Notes under the pieces: generated by a model
What the model saw: only the letters and a program-made list of their open reading frames with translations
The model's database searches: none
What the model was told of the DNA's origin: nothing
Program-made: the position numbers and the translations under genes
NCBI RefSeq assembly: GCF_039654945.1
Contig: NW_027361806.1
Location: forward strand, 4,340,001 to 4,404,000
Source: Dendrobates tinctorius
Lineage: Eukaryota
Reading direction: 5' to 3'
Length of the DNA: 64,000 bases
Shown: in pieces, positions 61,810 through 64,000 of the stretch
Numbering within the stretch: the stretch's first letter is position 1
Layout of the letters: each line of letters opens with the position of its first letter

Positions 61810-62551
61810 GTATGTGCATGCTGCAACCTCCACCTGCATCAGCCATAAGAATTTACAGACTAAGTAAACTTTCTTTATTTTTCCCCAGCATGGAAAGTTG
61901 TGAAACTTTGCAAATCGCTTTATTAGATATTGTCTTTATTCTTGTAAAAAAAAAAAATCCCATACAAGTGGATACCAAAATTCAGCTTTTCCCTAGTCTG
62001 TCTCCCTGCCTTCAGCTGCATTGATATTGCAACATTCTCATTTGGAGTACAGATGATGGCAGTGATGGGGCCCGCCTGTCTGTCCTCCTCTGAGTGTTGT
62101 TCTCATCAGAACAACGCCATATAACAGCTTCTCGACAGACTTGGTGAGACACAGGTACTGACCCATCACTACCAACAGCTGTACTCCAATGAGTACGATC
62201 TATCAGCGTAGCTAAAGGAAGCAAATATACTAGGGAAAAGCGTGGGATTAATAGCCACTTACACACAATTGTTTCTTACAGGGACAAAGGCAAATCCCCC
62301 TATAAAGTAATTTGCAAAGTTTTATAACTTTCCATACTGGACAGAGTTCTGAAACTTTTTTTTTTTTTGACTGTTGTATGGGCTGATGCTGTACCTCTGT
62401 CCGCCTGCAGGTGTCACTGTTGTCTATGCTTATGTACTTTCCTCATTGATGGCGCCTTCCAAGGAAAGCGACTTATAAATGTTGCTGATCATTGACCTAA
62501 CGGTAAAGGATAAGTGGCCTTGCCCATTTACTCGCCCTCTTCTGTCCGCAG

Positions 62552-63184
62552 GGGAGCTGGAAACACGTTTTGCAGCCATTTATCCACGGGTCGTCTTTTG
62601 TAAACTGTCTTGGCTGGAAGAGGCGCCCTCTAGTGGTGAGGTCTGTAAGTTTGGCAGGAAGTTCTGTCCTGACCCCGGTCAGTGGCCGGACGGCTACAGC
62701 GTCTTCTACGTGGGAGGAGAAGGTGCGACGCTCAGTAATCTCCTGCTGACCTGGCCGCGCTGCTCCTTCTTCAGTTTCAACCCAGTGACCAACGAGCCCA
62801 GGAGGGAAGGAGTCCACGTCAACCGCGCGCTCATGAAGCGCTTCTACCTGATAGAGAAGGCTCGGGACGCCCAGGTGGTGGGGATTCTGGTGGGCACCCT
62901 GGGGGTCTCTGACTATCTGTCGGCTCTGTCACACCTGAAGAGCATCATCCATCGGGCCGGTAAGAAGAGCTACATGCTGTCTATGGGGAAGCTGAACCCC
63001 GCCAAGCTGGCCAACTTCCCGGAGGTGGACATCTTCGTGCTGGTGGCCTGTCCCGAAAACTCGCTTTTGGACTCTTCGGATTTCTACCGGCCAATCATCA
63101 CCCCGGATGAAATGGAGGTGGCCTGTAACCCGGCGCGGGAATGGGGCGGCCGGTGCATCACCGACTTCCGGGAATTACTTCCAG
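62552..63184 (+). CDS. DPH2: DPH2 coding exon 4 (633 nt)
   Basis: KARDAQVVGILVGTLG...GKLNPAKLANFPEVDIFVLVACPE. Confidence 0.96.
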
Positions 63185-63347
63185 GTAAGTAGAGGGACAA
63201 TGAAGGACGTAGACAATGGAGGTAGGATGGAGTCCCACAGCTTGTGTTTCAATGGAGCAGAGCTGCAGTGCAAAGCACAAGGGAGGTAAAGAGAAGCTGA
63301 GGTTTATCTTACACTCTTGTGTTTTTTCCTGTGTGATTTTGGCATAG

Positions 63348-63539
63348 GTGGTCCAGCTCATGTGGAGTTTCCAGAGATTGACCCTGAAGACGCAGAACGG
63401 ACAGATGTTTCTCTGATTACGGGGGAGATGAGATCTCTTCGATTCTCATCTGCGGTGGCGCAAGCATCAGAAGAGGCAGAACGTACGAGCCTCATACACC
63501 GGAACAGTAACACCGCAGTGGCAGAGCTGGGACCTGCAG
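63348..63539 (+). CDS. DPH2: DPH2 coding exon 5 (192 nt); final exon lies beyond the window
   Basis: GGPAHVEFP...TDVSLITGEMR...; tag acceptor, gtaaag donor. Confidence 0.92.
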
Positions 63540-64000
63540 GTAAAGGGCGGCCATCATTATCATGTGACCCAAGCAGAAAACTGTTATTAGCAGATTGTCC
63601 TTTGACGCCCCCTACACCCCCACAAGGAATTCACAGGTTGTTGCCGGCAGTTTCATTTTTTTACTATACTTTTGTCACATCCAGAGCTGCACTCACAATT
63701 CTGCAGTTTCATTATATATTATACTCTAGCCATAGCCAGAGCTGCAATCACAATTCTGCAGTTTCATTTTTTTACTATACACTAGTCTCACCCAGATCTG
63801 TACTTGTTCTCCTATCATATGCTTTAATCACATCCAGAGCTGCACTCACAATTCTGCAGTTTCATTTTATATTATACTCTAGTCACATTCAGACCTGCAC
63901 TTACATTTCTATGATTTTACTATGTCGTATTCTATAGTTACATACAGTTTTGCACTTTCTTTTTCACTTTTACTCCGGTTCCCTCATGTACAATCATCCT

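Overview
Eukaryotic, intron-rich vertebrate DNA, most likely an anuran (frog) genome, inferred from gene orthology and the TE repertoire. Four protein-coding genes can be reconstructed with GT-AG splice sites. (1) GPBP1L1 (vasculin-like, - strand): 5' part only, three coding exons at 291-6510, probable 5'UTR exons up to ~29.4 kb. (2) TMEM69 (+): complete, 248 aa. (3) IPP/KLHL27 (-): complete, 8 coding exons, 584 aa. (4) DPH2 (+): 3' end lies outside the window. IPP and DPH2 appear to share a very compact bidirectional promoter. Introns and intergenic DNA are packed with PIF/Harbinger-type MITEs (often chained or nested), TTAA-target T2/Kolobok-type MITEs and hAT MITEs with 8-bp TSDs. They also hold a tRNA-derived SINE, CR1, L1-like and Tc1 fragments, several minisatellites, and two 4.4-5.1 kb non-autonomous piggyBac-like elements carrying ~390-bp internal satellites and telomere-like repeats. 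The signals not explained by the ORF track are two well-formed minimal type I hammerhead ribozyme motifs in Penelope-like/retrozyme-like fragments (one on the IPP pre-mRNA strand), a 274-bp near-perfect palindrome with paired CTCF-like and octamer motifs, and a uORF-dense GPBP1L1 leader. The very long ORFs at 56-60 kb are satellite artefacts. Family assignments come from visual pattern recognition; no searches were run.
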